Of a DNA stretch of 64,000 nt, positions 22,160 through 35,156 are shown one piece after another. Made by a program: the position numbers and the translations under genes. Origin of the DNA: Octopus sinensis. Lineage: Eukaryota. The first letter of the stretch is position 1. Every line of letters begins with the position of its first letter. The stretch is from contig NC_043018.1 of assembly GCF_006345805.1 (NCBI RefSeq), positions 7,378,001 to 7,442,000 on the forward strand, read 5' to 3'. The notes beneath the pieces were generated by a model. It had not been told where the DNA came from and did no database searches. It saw only the letters and a list, made by a program, of their open reading frames with translations.

Positions 22160-24312
22160 TCCATATATATATATATATTACGGGAAGCTTTATGAAATAG
22201 ACAAAAGACGAAGGCAGGTTTACGGAATAACAAAAGACGAAGGCAGGTGGAATACAAACAAACAATTGTATTAGTATGGCGCTCAGGAAATATAAATGAA
22301 ACAAGTCTTTAACGTTTCGAGCCTACGCTCTTCAACAGAAAGATACACAGAGAAAAAAAACACAGAAAGAAGGAGAGAAAAAAAATATGCGTGCGGAAGC
22401 TAGCGAAACAACATGGCGATCTGATTTCGGCCAGAAGTCAAAGATCAAACATGAGACGCAAGAGCGAAATTAGGGGAGATAATAGAGTTGAATGACCCCG
22501 CTCAAACATAAGAGTGTGTGTGTGTGTATGAGAAGAGTGTGTGTGTGTGTATGAGAGAGTATTAGTGCGTATGAGAGGTCTAGACGTGTGTATGTATATA
22601 TGATGTGATGTGTAAAGTCGTATGGTGTAGTGTAGAGAGAGGAGAAGAGGGGGAGGGGAGGGGGGAGAAGGAAGAGAGGAAGAATGGAGGGGAAGTAAGG
22701 AGGAGAGGAGAAGAGGAGGGAAGAGGAGGGAAGAGGAGGGAAGAGGAGGAGGGAGGATAGAGGGAGAGGGGGAGAGAGAGAAGGGGAGTGAGGGAGCAGA
22801 GGGAAGAAGGAGGGAGAGAGAAAGAGGGAAGAAGGGAAGAGGAGTAGGGGTGAAAGGATGAAGGACTGAAGAGAAGTAGGGTCGGGGGAGGTTATATGAG
22901 GAGGGGGAGAGGGGGGTTAGATGAGGAGGGGGGAGAGTTAAGACCAAATGGCATATAAGAGCGAAGAGAGAAGATTAATTCCTGTTCACGGCGCAAACGG
23001 GAATCCGGATGGCCTCTGTGTAAGGACAAACCGAACACAGACAGGTGTTGCAAGGAGTGACCGGTAGAGCGGAAATGGCGTGAGACCGGTGTGTCGTTCG
23101 CAAGGTGGATGTCACACGAAGGTGTTCCGCGAACCGGTCAGCCAGCGGCGTCCCGTTTGTCCGATGTACAGGGAATGGCAGAGAGAGCAAGAGACGCAAT
23201 AGATAATATTGCTGGAGGTGCAGGTGAAGGAGTTGATGATGCGAAAGGGTCGATGATGAGTGCCAGTGAGGAGGGTGGTGTTGGAGAGGTAAGGGCATGC
23301 GGCAACGTGGGCGGGAGCAGGGGAACGAGCCGGTGGGAGGTAGGGTCAGGGAAGGAGCTATGGACCAAAAGGTCTCGAAGGTTATGGGCTCGTTTGAAAG
23401 AGGGGAGGGGTCGGTTAGGGAAGAGGTGTGAAGTGGACGGTCGGACTGGAGATGACGGAAAGCTCGAAGAATGGTGCGTTGGAGAGGTAGGGTCGTGGGG
23501 TGGTAAGTGAGGGAAAAGGGAGGCGGGAGACTACAGGGCGGGTTCGGGGAGAAGAGAGCAGATACACGGTCCACGGAACGTGCTCTGGCAAGGGCGGTGT
23601 GGATAGTGGTGAGGGGGTATCCACGTAGGATGAAGTGGTGAGCCATACGTTGAGACTGAGTTTCAAAGTCATGGTCGTCACTACAGAGCCTACGTACGAC
23701 GAGCAATTGGGAATAGGGATGGAAAGCTTGGTGTGTTCTGGGCGGGAGGAAGAGAAGTTGAGGTAAGAGTGTGAGTCTGTGTGTTTGTAGTGAATGGAGG
23801 TGGTAAGAGTGGAGTGAAGAATGCTAACCGAAATGTCGAGGAAGGAGACAGAGGTGTAGGAGATAGGGAAAGTGAAGTGGAGGGCTGGATGAAAGATTGA
23901 ACAAAAGAGAGGAAGGAATCTAGATGTTCACGGGAGAGTGAGGTGGCACCGATAATGTCGTCAATGTAACGACCATATAGTTCAGGAGTGGGACCAGTGA
24001 AATTAGAGATATTTGGGCCTCACTAGCCAACGAACAAGTTCGCATAGTTGGGGCCATTCGCGTTCCCATGGCCACTCCCGAGAGATCTGATGGTAGACTC
24101 GCCCGTGAACGAGAAGCAGTTAAGAGTAAGGAAGACAAGTTCGGCCAGACGAATGAGTGTGGAGGTGTCAGGTTCAGGGTTGGAGCGGAGGTCAAGAAAG
24201 TGTTGAAGTGCCTGCAGTCCTTCGTGGTGAGGGATAACGGTATAGAGGCTCTGAATGTCCATAGTAAAAAGGATTTTGGAGGAGCCGGGAAGAAAGGAGA
24301 AAGCCGGAGAGC
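22160..24312 (-). mobile_element. 5'-truncated, frameshifted Penelope-like element (Neptune-type): RT + GIY-YIG, pyrimidine-rich 3' region and hammerhead-bearing terminal repeat
   Basis: Minus frames give TMDIQSLYTVIPH, GVAMGT..NYANLFVG, LYGRYIDDII, HTKLSIPYSQLL..RRLCS and GIY-YIG FTCTSSNIIYCVSC..C..LYIGQT..LADRFAEHL..TPVSRHF..PFGLN, spread over several frames. Confidence 0.92.
22306..22343 (-). ncRNA. minimal type I hammerhead motif (family F) downstream of the Penelope ORF
   Basis: Minus TCTTT CTGTTGA A GAGC GTAG GCTC GAAAC GTT AAAGA: 5-bp stem I, 4-bp stem II, palindromic ACGT stem III; core variant A6 to U. Confidence 0.65.
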
Positions 24313-24315
24313 ATG

Positions 24316-24348
<33 letters not shown>

Positions 24349-24369
24349 TATATATATATATATATTTAT

Positions 24370-25060
24370 ATTATATAATTAGGGCTTAGTAAATAAATTA
24401 CTTTGCCACATACTGAACTTAGTAGAAATAGCAGCCAAAAAAATTTTTTCTTAGCATTTCTACTACTTAAAAGAAAATTTCTCTCAGATAATGTTTACTC
24501 CAGACAGCTCACGAAGGTTTTGGGGGTAAATACAGAAAATATCACAAGTACATAGGTCGTTTGAGTACGTCAACGTTTCAAGATTAGCCAAATAAATCAG
24601 CATTCGTTTCGTCAGCTCAAAATTTTCTTAATTTGGATTTGGAAACACTAAAAAGAAGGAACTTACCTATCAGCGAACTTGTCGCTCAGATGAACCACTC
24701 CAACTAAACAGTGTCAACAAATCAAAATGCGCAGGCGTAAAATTCTGCACTCCCCATTCCACCCACGTGGTCTATCTAGCAAAACATATATTTTAACCGC
24801 GAAACCGAGGCAGTATGACCGAGAGAAATGAATTATAATATCAACAATTGAGGGTAAAATTAATTTAAGTATTAAATGCGTAAGAAAAAAATTTTTTTGG
24901 CTGCTATTTCTACTAAGTTCAGTATGTGGCAAAGTAATTTATTTTACTAAGCCCTAATTATATAATGTAATATTTTGAATTCGCCTTAAATGGTCCTTTA
25001 CATCTGAACACTTGGTGAAATTGATTAATTATTAATTTTACCCTCATTGTTGATATATTA
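24370..25060. mobile_element. non-coding Penelope-type element with inverted terminal segments and an internal hammerhead
   Basis: About 90-bp inverted repeats 24370-24459 vs 24874-24966, a second inverted repeat 24837-24864 vs 25031-25059, and (TA)n on both sides. Confidence 0.7.
24560..24621 (-). ncRNA. type I hammerhead ribozyme candidate with fully canonical core
   Basis: Minus TTTGAG CTGACGA AACGAATGCTGATTTATTTGGCTAATCTT GAA ACG TTGA CGT A CTCAAA: 6-bp stem I, 3-bp stem III, GUA triplet, imperfect stem II. Confidence 0.78.
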
Positions 25061-25707
25061 TATATATATAGATATTATATATATATACTATACATGCATG
25101 CGTAACATATGTTATGCATGAGAGAGTAAGAGACAATAAGTGAATGCGTGTATACGTATACAAACAAATATATATACAAACTCCCTATAAATTGCTTATG
25201 TTATTAGGAATTTTAAATTCCTATGATGTTAGTTCTCTAATTTATTTGTAGAAACAATTTATAAGGGACAAACACATGTGTGTCTGCATGTATGTGTGCA
25301 CACATATATATATATACATGGATATATTCACATGTATACATGTATGCATACATATATTACATATATACTTACATACATACAGATTCACACACACACACGA
25401 CCGATCTTTGCTGAGAGCTAGAAAGGGAGCGAAAGAGAGATGGACCAGGGAAATAATGAGGAATTAATTTCGCGTTGTTTATCATCACCGTTCTTAATTT
25501 TATGGCTCAAAGCTTGTATTTTCCATTTCATGAAGGCAGGCTTCATCGGACCCTGACGACAACTAATGGATCCCGAAACCAGAGTAATTCCTATACCTAT
25601 GATGTTCTACCGACAAATCGGAACTATATTCCCTTGAGTTCCATTCACCAGTAAGTCGTACATGGTCATATATCTATATCTATATCTATATCTCTATCTA
25701 TCTATCT

Positions 25708-25765
<58 letters not shown>

Positions 25766-25833
25766 GACGATCTATCTATCTACCACTATCTATCTATCTT
25801 CTATCTATCCTAATCTATCTATCTATCTATCTA

Positions 25834-25907
<74 letters not shown>

Positions 25908-26262
25908 CTATATATATATATATATATATATATACCTACGTATATACACATACAAATTAACTCGTGGCACTTCACATCAACTTATGCCTGTGTATACACA
26001 TTAGCTTTTATGTGTCCACTTTAATTACGTAAGTATACTGCAGCATAATGAAATTGCTATTTCTCCATGTAGTGCCTCTGCATTTTCTGCCCTGCCAAAC
26101 CCGTATAAGTGCTTGTCATTATTTCCACAATAGGCTACAGGTCCTCTGAATTGTCTTCATCACTGCTGAACAGTGCGGTCATATGGCGATGGTAAATGTA
26201 CTCGTGGCAATATGTGCTCAAATGGAGACATCTCTGTGGATACTCAAGCCCCAATGATTACC

Positions 26263-26495
26263 TATTTCTTTACTATCCACAAGGGGTTAAACATAGAGAG
26301 GACAAAAAAGGACAGACATAGGTATTAAGTCGATTACATCGACCCCAGTGCGTAACTGGTACTTAATTTATCGACCCCGAAAGGATGAAAGGCAAAGTCG
26401 ACCTCGGCGGAATTTGAACTCACAACGTAACGGCAGACGAAATACCGCTAAGCATTTCGCCCGGCGTGCTGACGATTCTGCCAGCTCGCCGCCTT
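26263..26495 (-). mobile_element. SINE family B, full copy with 19-bp TSD
   Basis: TCAAGCCCCAATGATTACC at 26244-26262 and 26496-26514. Confidence 0.92.
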
Positions 26496-26980
26496 TCAAG
26501 CCCCAATGATTACCGAATATTGAACTGTCACACGAGTGGGATCGAGCAGAAGGCCTAGTTGCTACTGATGTCATAGTAAAGATCACCTAAGAGGTAGTCC
26601 TGAAGAACAAAAAGTAGATGAAAAAAAAAGAGGGAAGCGGTCGGAATCAAAGACATTACGAATAACAACAGCAGCAGTCCTGGAAGTGAGAACAATCGTT
26701 ACTTCTACAGTAGTTTCTTTGGCAGCAATTCTTGCAATTCCGTGAATGGACATAGAAAAAATTGAAACTGTCTTCTCCTCATTGTCGTGCTCATCAGAGG
26801 CGAACGATAATTGAGAAGGGAAAAACTTCCCTCACCAAGCACAAAGAACTGGCTTAAGGTTACTATGAGCAATACCATATGTTTCTTTATTAGCTACACA
26901 GGGCTGCACACAGACGGGACAAATTACAAAATAGAGCTTTTCTTTATGGGGAGAAAAAAAAAGTGGGGTAGGTTTTCGAT

Positions 26981-27385
26981 CAGGCTGTGTGATAAGTAGC
27001 TTGCTTACCAACTACATGGTTCCGGGTTCAGTCCCACTGCGTGGCACCTTGGGCGAGTGTCTTCTACTATAGCGACCAAAGCCTTGTGAGTGGATTTGGT
27101 AGACGGAAACTGAAAGAAGCCCGTCGTATATTTGTATATATAATATATATATATATGTGTGTGTGTGTGGTGTGTATGTTTGTGTGTCTGTGTTTGTCCC
27201 CCTAGCATTGCTTGGCAACGTGTTGTGTGTTGTGTTTACGTCGCCGTCATTAGCGGTTCGGCAAAGAGAGACCGATAGAATAAGTACTGGGCTTACAAAG
27301 AATAAGTCCTGGGGTCGATTTGCTCGACTAAAGGCGGTGCTCCAGCATGGCCGCAGTCAAATGACTGAAACAAGTAAAAGAGTAA
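26981..27385 (+). mobile_element. SINE family A
   Basis: Colinear with the consensus; small deletions. Confidence 0.88.
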
Positions 27386-27910
27386 AGACCAAAGAATAAA
27401 AAAAAACGATCAATAGGGATCGTGTATCACAGAAATGTCGTGATGTAAAGTGTAAAGGGGGAAGCAGGTAAGGTTTATTCGTGGAAAGAAAAGCCTACGG
27501 AAAAGACCACTGTAACCTCGAACATCGTCTTACAGTAGACTCGATGACATGTTGGATTTTGAAAAGGGTATGAACGTAATAGTAAGCGAGTTTAAAAATC
27601 CATAGAACAAATAAGTGAAACTAAATAAACCTCAAACAAGAGGTTGTTAATTCCTTAAGAGAAGAGACTTAAGCTTTATGATATTTCTTAAGAAAAATAC
27701 TTGATATGACGTTGATGCTAAAATGTGAACGGATTCTTGAAAAAAAAAAAAGGCTTTCTTCAGATTAGCTTCTCACAAATAGTACAGTTAACAAGATTAA
27801 ACAACCACTGCACCAAACAAATGCTTTCATGACAAGTTTAAAAGAATTCTATTTTAAAGTTAAAAATTTAGAAAGACTATATGTAAAAAATCGTCTTCGT
27901 TTATTAATAA

Positions 27911-28302
27911 CTAGCAGTATCGCCCGGCGTTGCTCGGGTTTGTAAGGGAAATAACTATATAAGCATTTTTAGAGAGTTATAGCCAAAAAATAGCAAAATG
28001 CATTAAAAATGGAAAAAAAATGATGGTAAATTTTTTTTTAATCGTTGACTTATCGTAGACATTTTTAGAGAGTTACTTCCCTTATATAATAGCGAAAAAA
28101 TGCATTAAAATGGAAAAAATTATGGTAAATTTTTTTTAAATCGTAGACTCATCGTAGACGCGCGCTAATACACAGAAGGGCTCGATATGAATCACGACTA
28201 TAAGATACCCGGTTTTGGTTAAACTGCACCGCAAAATGTGGGAGTAGTTAGGAATCTAAATCGTAGGAGACAGACACACAACCTTACTTTTATATATAAA
28301 GA
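27911..28302 (-). mobile_element. non-autonomous Helitron
   Basis: Minus strand starts A|TC at 28302 and ends CTAG|T at 27911, with the hairpin CCCGAGCAACGCCGGG about 8 nt before CTAG. No TSD. Internal duplication of about 95 bp. Confidence 0.8.
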
Positions 28303-28779
28303 TATTTGTGAATAACAAAGCCATAAAGAATACGTTTTTGAAGTGTTTCAAGCAATAGAATGGATTTCTTAAGACTCGAATTATATTTTGGAAAGAGGAC
28401 GGCTCATGTAAGCCTCGCGATATATCGATGAGCCACTCTGCTCCGTTTGAGAAAACTGATCCAATGTTTTCTCATTTTCTGAACCCAGTACAGTTCTGCC
28501 GCCGATGAAATTTAGTTACTTTTTCTAGCAAGTAAAGGGTCCATGTTGATGTTCCCTCTTTGGCTTGGAAGAAATGATTTTGTGTTGAGAACTGGAAATT
28601 CTGTTTATCTGTATCTGTCTGTGTGTCTGTCTTCTTGCTTGACTATCTGCTTGTCTGTCAGTCTTTGTCTCCCTCTCTCTCTCTCACTCTCCACACACAC
28701 AACAACACGCAAACATACGCACACACACACACACGTGTATATATGTATATACCTATATATATATTTGCATATGAATATA

Positions 28780-29003
28780 CGTACTCTTTTTACTTGTTTC
28801 AGTCATTTGACTGTGGCCATGCTGAAGCACCGCCTTCAGTCGAGTAAATCGACGCCAGGACTTATTCTTTGTAAGCCCAGTACTTATTCCATCGGTCTTT
28901 TTTGTCGAACCGCTAAGTTACCGGGACTTAAACACACCAGCATCGGTTGTCAAACGATGTTGGGGGGGGGACAAACAAAGAAAAGCCTACGGAAAAGACC
29001 ACG

Positions 29004-29071
<68 letters not shown>

Positions 29072-29255
29072 TATATATATATATTTATATACGGCGGGCT
29101 TCTTTCAGTTTCCGCCTACTAAATCCACTCACAAGGCTTTGGTCGGCCCGAGGCTATAGTAGAAGACATTTGCCCAAGGTGCCACGCGGTGGGACTGAAC
29201 CCGGAACCACGTAGTCGGTAAGCAAGCTATTTACCACACAGCAACTCCTACGCCT
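28780..29255 (-). mobile_element. SINE family A carrying a foreign 32-bp insert
   Basis: Consensus A structure plus an insert at 28977-29008. Confidence 0.88.
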
Positions 29256-29387
29256 ATACGTATGTATTCATAATATCAATCTCTCTCTCCTTCGCGCTCT
29301 CACAAATATTTTCTTCCTTATTCTCTTTCTACTCTCCCTCTCGCTCTCTCTATTAACTTCTCTTTTGTTCCGTCTCTCCCTCTTCTC

Positions 29388-29419
<32 letters not shown>

Positions 29420-29864
29420 ACTAACGTCGACCACCATACACCGTACACAATACACAAAGCTTCCATCTCAAAGTCGCTACTGATTGGTCAGAAAATGAGA
29501 AGCAGCTTCTTATTCCGGCATCAAATCCTGATAAATTCATTGGAAATATAATCTTAGAGTTAAAATACTCCGAAGATCGATCGATTTTAGAGTTCAGATA
29601 TACTCCTAGATCGATACTGAGTTGGAAATTCACTCAGTTGTCATCCTACGTGTTTTTCTTTTTCTGCTTGCTTCTTCTTTTTGTGACGTTGTTGTTGTTG
29701 TTGTTGTTGTTGTTGTGGCGCCGGCGCCGGTGGTGAGGGCTCTTTTTTTGTTTTTGGTTAGTTGTAATAAGTGCTGTTGTAATGGTATTGGTGAGAGGAG
29801 TACTTGCTGAGAATGAGGATACCTCTCGCTTGTAATATCTCTTTTATCTTAATTAGTAGAACAA

Positions 29865-30038
29865 ACCATGACCACCACCACCACCACCACCACCACCATC
29901 ACCATCAGCAACGACAACAACAACGACAGCAACATCACAACCAACACAACTACCACTACCACCACTGTCATCGTGATTATCATCATCATCAAAACCACCA
30001 CCACAATCAGCATCATCACCACCACCACCACCACCACC

Positions 30039-30084
<46 letters not shown>

Positions 30085-30218
30085 CTATCACCACCAACAC
30101 CACCATCATCATCATTATCATCATCACCATCATCATTATCCCCATCACCACCATCAACGTCATCATCATCATCACCATCATCATTATCACCCTCACCACC
30201 ACCTCCACCACCACCACC

Positions 30219-30249
<31 letters not shown>

Positions 30250-30885
30250 CCATCATTATTATCCCCACCACCACCACCATCATCGTCATCATCATCATCA
30301 CCATCATCATTATCACCATCACCACCACCGCCACCACTACCACCATCATCGTCATCATCATCATCACCATCATCATTATCCCCACCACCACCACCACCAC
30401 CATCATCGTCATCATCATCATCATCACCATCGTCGTCATCTTATCATTATCATTTTCCTCCTTCTCGTTCTCTTCATCATTATCATTCGCATCTTCATCA
30501 CCACCGTCTTCATTGTCAGCAACAGCAGCATAACAACCACCGCACCCAACCCCACATCACCCCAGCCATCGCAAGAAGTACTACGAACAGTAGTGATGCC
30601 ATCAACAACAACTACACCATCATTCCCCACCACCACCACCACCGTCACTGCCACCACAACTACCTCTGCCATAGCTCCCACCGCTACCACCCCATAAATA
30701 CCTTTACATATCTACTACCACTAACTCTCTTCCGCCTCCCCCTCGTCATCATCATTATCACGATTATCATCATCGCCATCATCATCAACATCCTCCTCCG
30801 CTTCTCCTCACCATCACTGTAATCATCATTATCGTTATCATCATCATCATCATTATCATTATCATCATCATCATCGGCGTCATCG
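29865..30885. repeat. large compound (CAC)n/(CAT)n microsatellite with higher-order repeat blocks
   Basis: Direct reading; blocks such as CATCATTATCCCCACCACC recur. Confidence 0.95.
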
Positions 30886-31274
30886 TCGTTGCTATCATTA
30901 CTCTATAACTTTGAGGTCATGTGTCTTTGTCAGAAATCATTAATATCCTATATTTATCAACTGGAAAAAAAAATTTATTTTTTTCCAAATTCTGTAAGAG
31001 ACATATTTTTTAAAATAAGCAGTAAACAGAAATGTCACCGATTCTTAAATTACGTTTCTTCTCACAGAAAAAATACTTTTTTCCACCAAAATCTATTTTA
31101 TAATTTTTACGACTAAAATATAATTTATTTATATCAGTAAAATATATATTTTATTCATACCTACCATTAAGATATATTTTATCATACATAACCGTTAACA
31201 TATATTTCAGCATGCCTTCATCATTTAATTCCCAATACACTTTTTCTATCTTCTTTTTCCCCTTCTCATCCATC

Positions 31275-31310
31275 CTTCCTGAAGAAGAGGGTGTGCTCAA
31301 AACGTTAAAG
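31275..31310 (+). ncRNA. degenerate hammerhead motif (family F), probably inactive
   Basis: CTTC CTGAAGA A GAG GGTGTG CTC AAAAC GTT AAAG: G12 mutated to A. Downstream CCTGAGCGTC. Confidence 0.55.
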
Positions 31311-31772
31311 ACATCTTCCATTTTCCCTGAGCGTCCGTCAATCTAATACACCTTGTTTGTTGTTCTTTCACCCCGTTCTTGTGTTTTTTCTGTATGTTGG
31401 GTCATACATTTAGTTATACCAAGGTACGTTTTATAAAATACAATATATTTTAGTTCTCTCCACAAAATATATTTCGTTAATAAAGTAAGAATATATTTTA
31501 TTATATCTACCATCAAAATACATTTTCTCTCTTCATGTAAAAACTTTTACATTTACCTCCAAAATATTTTTTATTTTTCTCACAAAAATGTATTTCACTT
31601 ATTAAGTCAAACTATACTTTATCATGTCTTTTATCAAAATATATTTATTTTTACTAACAAAATGTACTTTACTCTTATCACCAAATTACATTTCTCTCAC
31701 CAAAATGTATTTTATTCATAGTGTCAGACTATGATTCATTATACCTGCCATGAAAGAACTTTTTATTTCTGT

Positions 31773-31812
<40 letters not shown>

Positions 31813-32293
31813 TTGTTTTTCGCCACTAAAATATACTTAAATTTATCTCAACAAAATATTTTCTATTTTTGTCAGCACCAAAATATATTTTGTTTCTACC
31901 ACCACAATGTATTTTAATATTCCTACGGCCGAAATATATATTTCATAATTTTTGTTAGCAAAATAGACTTTATTTCCTTCCACGAAAAAAATAATTTATT
32001 GCAACCATTAACTCTTTTTCATTAAAATTTTCACGCCCAAAATATATTTTATTACATCATTCACCAAAATATATTTCCTTAGACTTCTTTGACGAAAGCA
32101 CCGTTTTTCACACCTACCACCAAAATATATATATGAAGAAAATCTTTTACAGCTAAAATATATTTATATATTTTCATATATTTATCGCCAAAATACATTT
32201 TATATTTATCGACGAAATATGTTTTAATATAGCTGTTTCCAAAATATAATTTATGACACACCATGAAAATATTTTCTTCTAATTTCAGCAGCC

Positions 32294-32347
<54 letters not shown>

Positions 32348-32359
32348 ATGGTGTGTGTG

Positions 32360-32414
<55 letters not shown>

Positions 32415-32850
32415 ATGTGTGTATATATGTATGAATTTTCTACCATTAAAGTGTGTTATATTACTAACGTTAGAAAATATTTTAATCGCACTTTCAAAAT
32501 AGACTTTAAGTTTTCTAATACGAATATTTTAAAATATATTCTGAGATAATGATTCATGGGGTGCAAGCAGAACAGCAAGAATCTAAGCAATAATGCATCT
32601 ATTCCATCTTAATACGTCGTTCTATTTTCATATAATTATGGTAAATGTATAGAGGAAATTGTGTGTATGTGTGTGTGTGTGTGTGTGTGTGTTGAGAGGT
32701 GACGTGTATGATTGTGTAAGCAGAAATTTAGCAATTTTCGTAAAGCTATTCTTCAAAAATTCTACCTCGGTACACGCAATGGAAACAATAGCTTCAAAGA
32801 TACACTAATACTTTTATGCCTGCATGTGTGAGTGTGGATAAATATATATA

Positions 32851-32892
<42 letters not shown>

Positions 32893-32894
32893 CC

Positions 32895-33009
32895 TACCTA
32901 CCTACCTACCTACGTAAGTACGTACCTACCTACATATCTACCTATCTAACTACCAACCTACCTACATACATACGTACATACATACGTACATACATACATA
33001 CATAATACA

Positions 33010-33045
<36 letters not shown>

Positions 33046-33082
33046 TATATATACATACATACATACTTACATACATACATAC

Positions 33083-33129
<47 letters not shown>

Positions 33130-33360
33130 CATACATATATACATACGTACATACATACATAGATACATACATACATCCATAGATACATACATACATACAT
33201 ACATACATACGTACATACATGCATGCATACATACATACATACATACATACATGCATACATACATACATACATACATACGTACATACATACATACATACGT
33301 ACATACATACATACATACATATATAGGTACATACATGTGTGTGTGTGTGTGTGTGTGTCT
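32895..33360. repeat. (TACA)n tetranucleotide microsatellite
   Basis: Direct reading. Confidence 0.95.
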
Positions 33361-33891
33361 ACAGAAAGAGAAAGAGGCAAAGAAGCAGATAGATTGATAT
33401 ACCAATGAACGCATTTGCACTCCCCGGGTGTATAGTTCTCTACGATCCACACATTTCTAGCTTACCAGTTCCAGTGGCTTTCAAAATGTAATTATTAACT
33501 GACAAATTACGTTTATCAATACTAAATGTATTTATTACTTTCCAAATATAATTAGCAGCTTTGAAATTATGTTTATCAGCAAAACATTCCTCTTATCGGC
33601 AACCAAATTATTTTTCTCTTATCTTTCATAATATATTTATTGATCTGTTCCACATAGGTAAAAGTTTCAGAGTTTCTGACACAAACCAGAAATCTGGGTA
33701 TCTCACACCTAAAAATAAGCCACTTTTGTATTCCCAGATAACTACATCACCTTTATACCACCTACAGGTTTCTTAAATTAACTTTTCAGCTCCTTACTCT
33801 TAATAAGTACAACCGTCACTCGCGAGCGAGCATAACTTTGAAATATACAATACTTATACTAATAGTTTTAGTTGCCTATATAGTCACGTGC

Positions 33892-34123
33892 TGGCGGCGA
33901 GCTGGCAGAAACGTTAGCACGCTGGGCGAAATGCGTAGCCGTATTTCATCTGTCGTTACGTTCTGAGTTCAAATTCCGCCGAGGTCGACTTTGCCTTTCA
34001 TCCTTTCGGGATCGATAAATTAAGTACCAGTTACGCACTGGGGTCGATGTAATCGACTTAATCTCTATGTCTGTCCTTGTTTGTCCCCTCTGTGTTTAGC
34101 CCCTTGTGGGTTGTAAAGAAATA
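33892..34123 (+). mobile_element. SINE family B with 15-bp TSD
   Basis: TATATAGTCACGTGC at 33877-33891 and 34124-34138. Confidence 0.92.
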
Positions 34124-34514
34124 TATATAGTCACGTGCATAGACAGACTGGCGACCAGCTCCTCTTTGCATCTCTTAACTTCAGTAAGGACTTTGAGAGA
34201 GTCGATCACAACATCCTGTTTAAAAAACAAACGAACAAACAAACCAGCAACAAAAAGAAAGAAAATCTATCCTACGCTGGAATCCGCAGAAAACTACAAA
34301 ACTTGATTTAGTGTTTCCTGGTAAGTAGAACTCAAAATCTTGTAATCGACGGAACCAGGTAAATACTGTGTTGGGTCCTCCAACACAGTAACTATCTGGT
34401 TGAGGAATTTACACAAACGATATCGCAAAAGTCAAACAAAGTAGAACTTTTTTCAAATCTGGTGAAAGCAGAAAAAGGCTGGATAAACCTAACCAGACCT
34501 TCGTGCTAGTATTT

Positions 34515-34942
34515 CTTATTTCTTTATTGCCCACAAGGAGCAAACAAGGGGACAAACAAGAGGGGACAAACAAGGACAGACAAAGGGATTAAGTCGATTA
34601 TATCGATCCCAGTGCGTAACTGGTACTTATTTTAATCGACCCCGAAACGATGAAAGGCAAAGTCGACCTCGGCGGAATTTGAACTCAGAACGGAGCGGCA
34701 GACGAAATACCTATTTCTTTACTACCAACAAGGGGCTAAACACAGAGAGGACAAACAAGGACAGACAAATAGATTAAGTCGATTACATCGACCCTAGTGC
34801 GTACCTGGTACTTATTTAATCGACCCCAAAAGGATGAAAGGTGAAGTCGACCTCGGCGGAATTTGAAGTCAGAACGTAGCGGCAGACGAAATACCGCTAA
34901 GCATTTCGCCCAGCGTGCTAACGTTTCTGCCAGCTCGCCGCC
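34515..34942 (-). mobile_element. SINE family B head-to-tail dimer (full copy plus 5'-truncated copy) within one TSD
   Basis: Junction on minus AAAGAAATAG|GTATTTCGTCTGCC near 34710. TSD TTC(G/A)TGCTAGTATTT at 34500-34514 and 34943-34957. Confidence 0.88.
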
Positions 34943-35156
34943 TTCATGCTAGTATTTAATGGCCGAAGTATGCTGGTAAGCAATAGATAATTTGAACTCA
35001 TCCACTTACAAAAATGAACTTTCTTATATACTTTTACATGTCCAAAGCATTTTCGTTTGTCAGAAATGTTCATGCTTGTTTTCAGATTTTTATTAGGCCT
35101 TGTTTCACACGTTCTGAGTAATACAAAGCCTTCCTTTCATATGTACCAAGTTACAA

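Noticed and set aside
23091-24316. plus-strand ORFs of 139 and 82 aa
   Set aside because: Antisense shadows of the Penelope RT/GIY-YIG remnant.
25553-25590. CTGACGA...GAAAC CAGA GTA hammerhead-like spacing
   Set aside because: Neither stem I nor stem II pairs convincingly; may be chance or too decayed to call.
29804-30697. 297-aa His/Thr-rich ORF and overlapping antisense ORFs
   Set aside because: All frames are open only because the DNA is a (CAC/CAT)n microsatellite with no stop triplets. No splice or domain evidence.
31000-32270. AT-rich region with recurring CAAAATATATTT motifs
   Set aside because: Looks like a decayed low-complexity or minisatellite tract; no consistent period or structure could be defined by eye.
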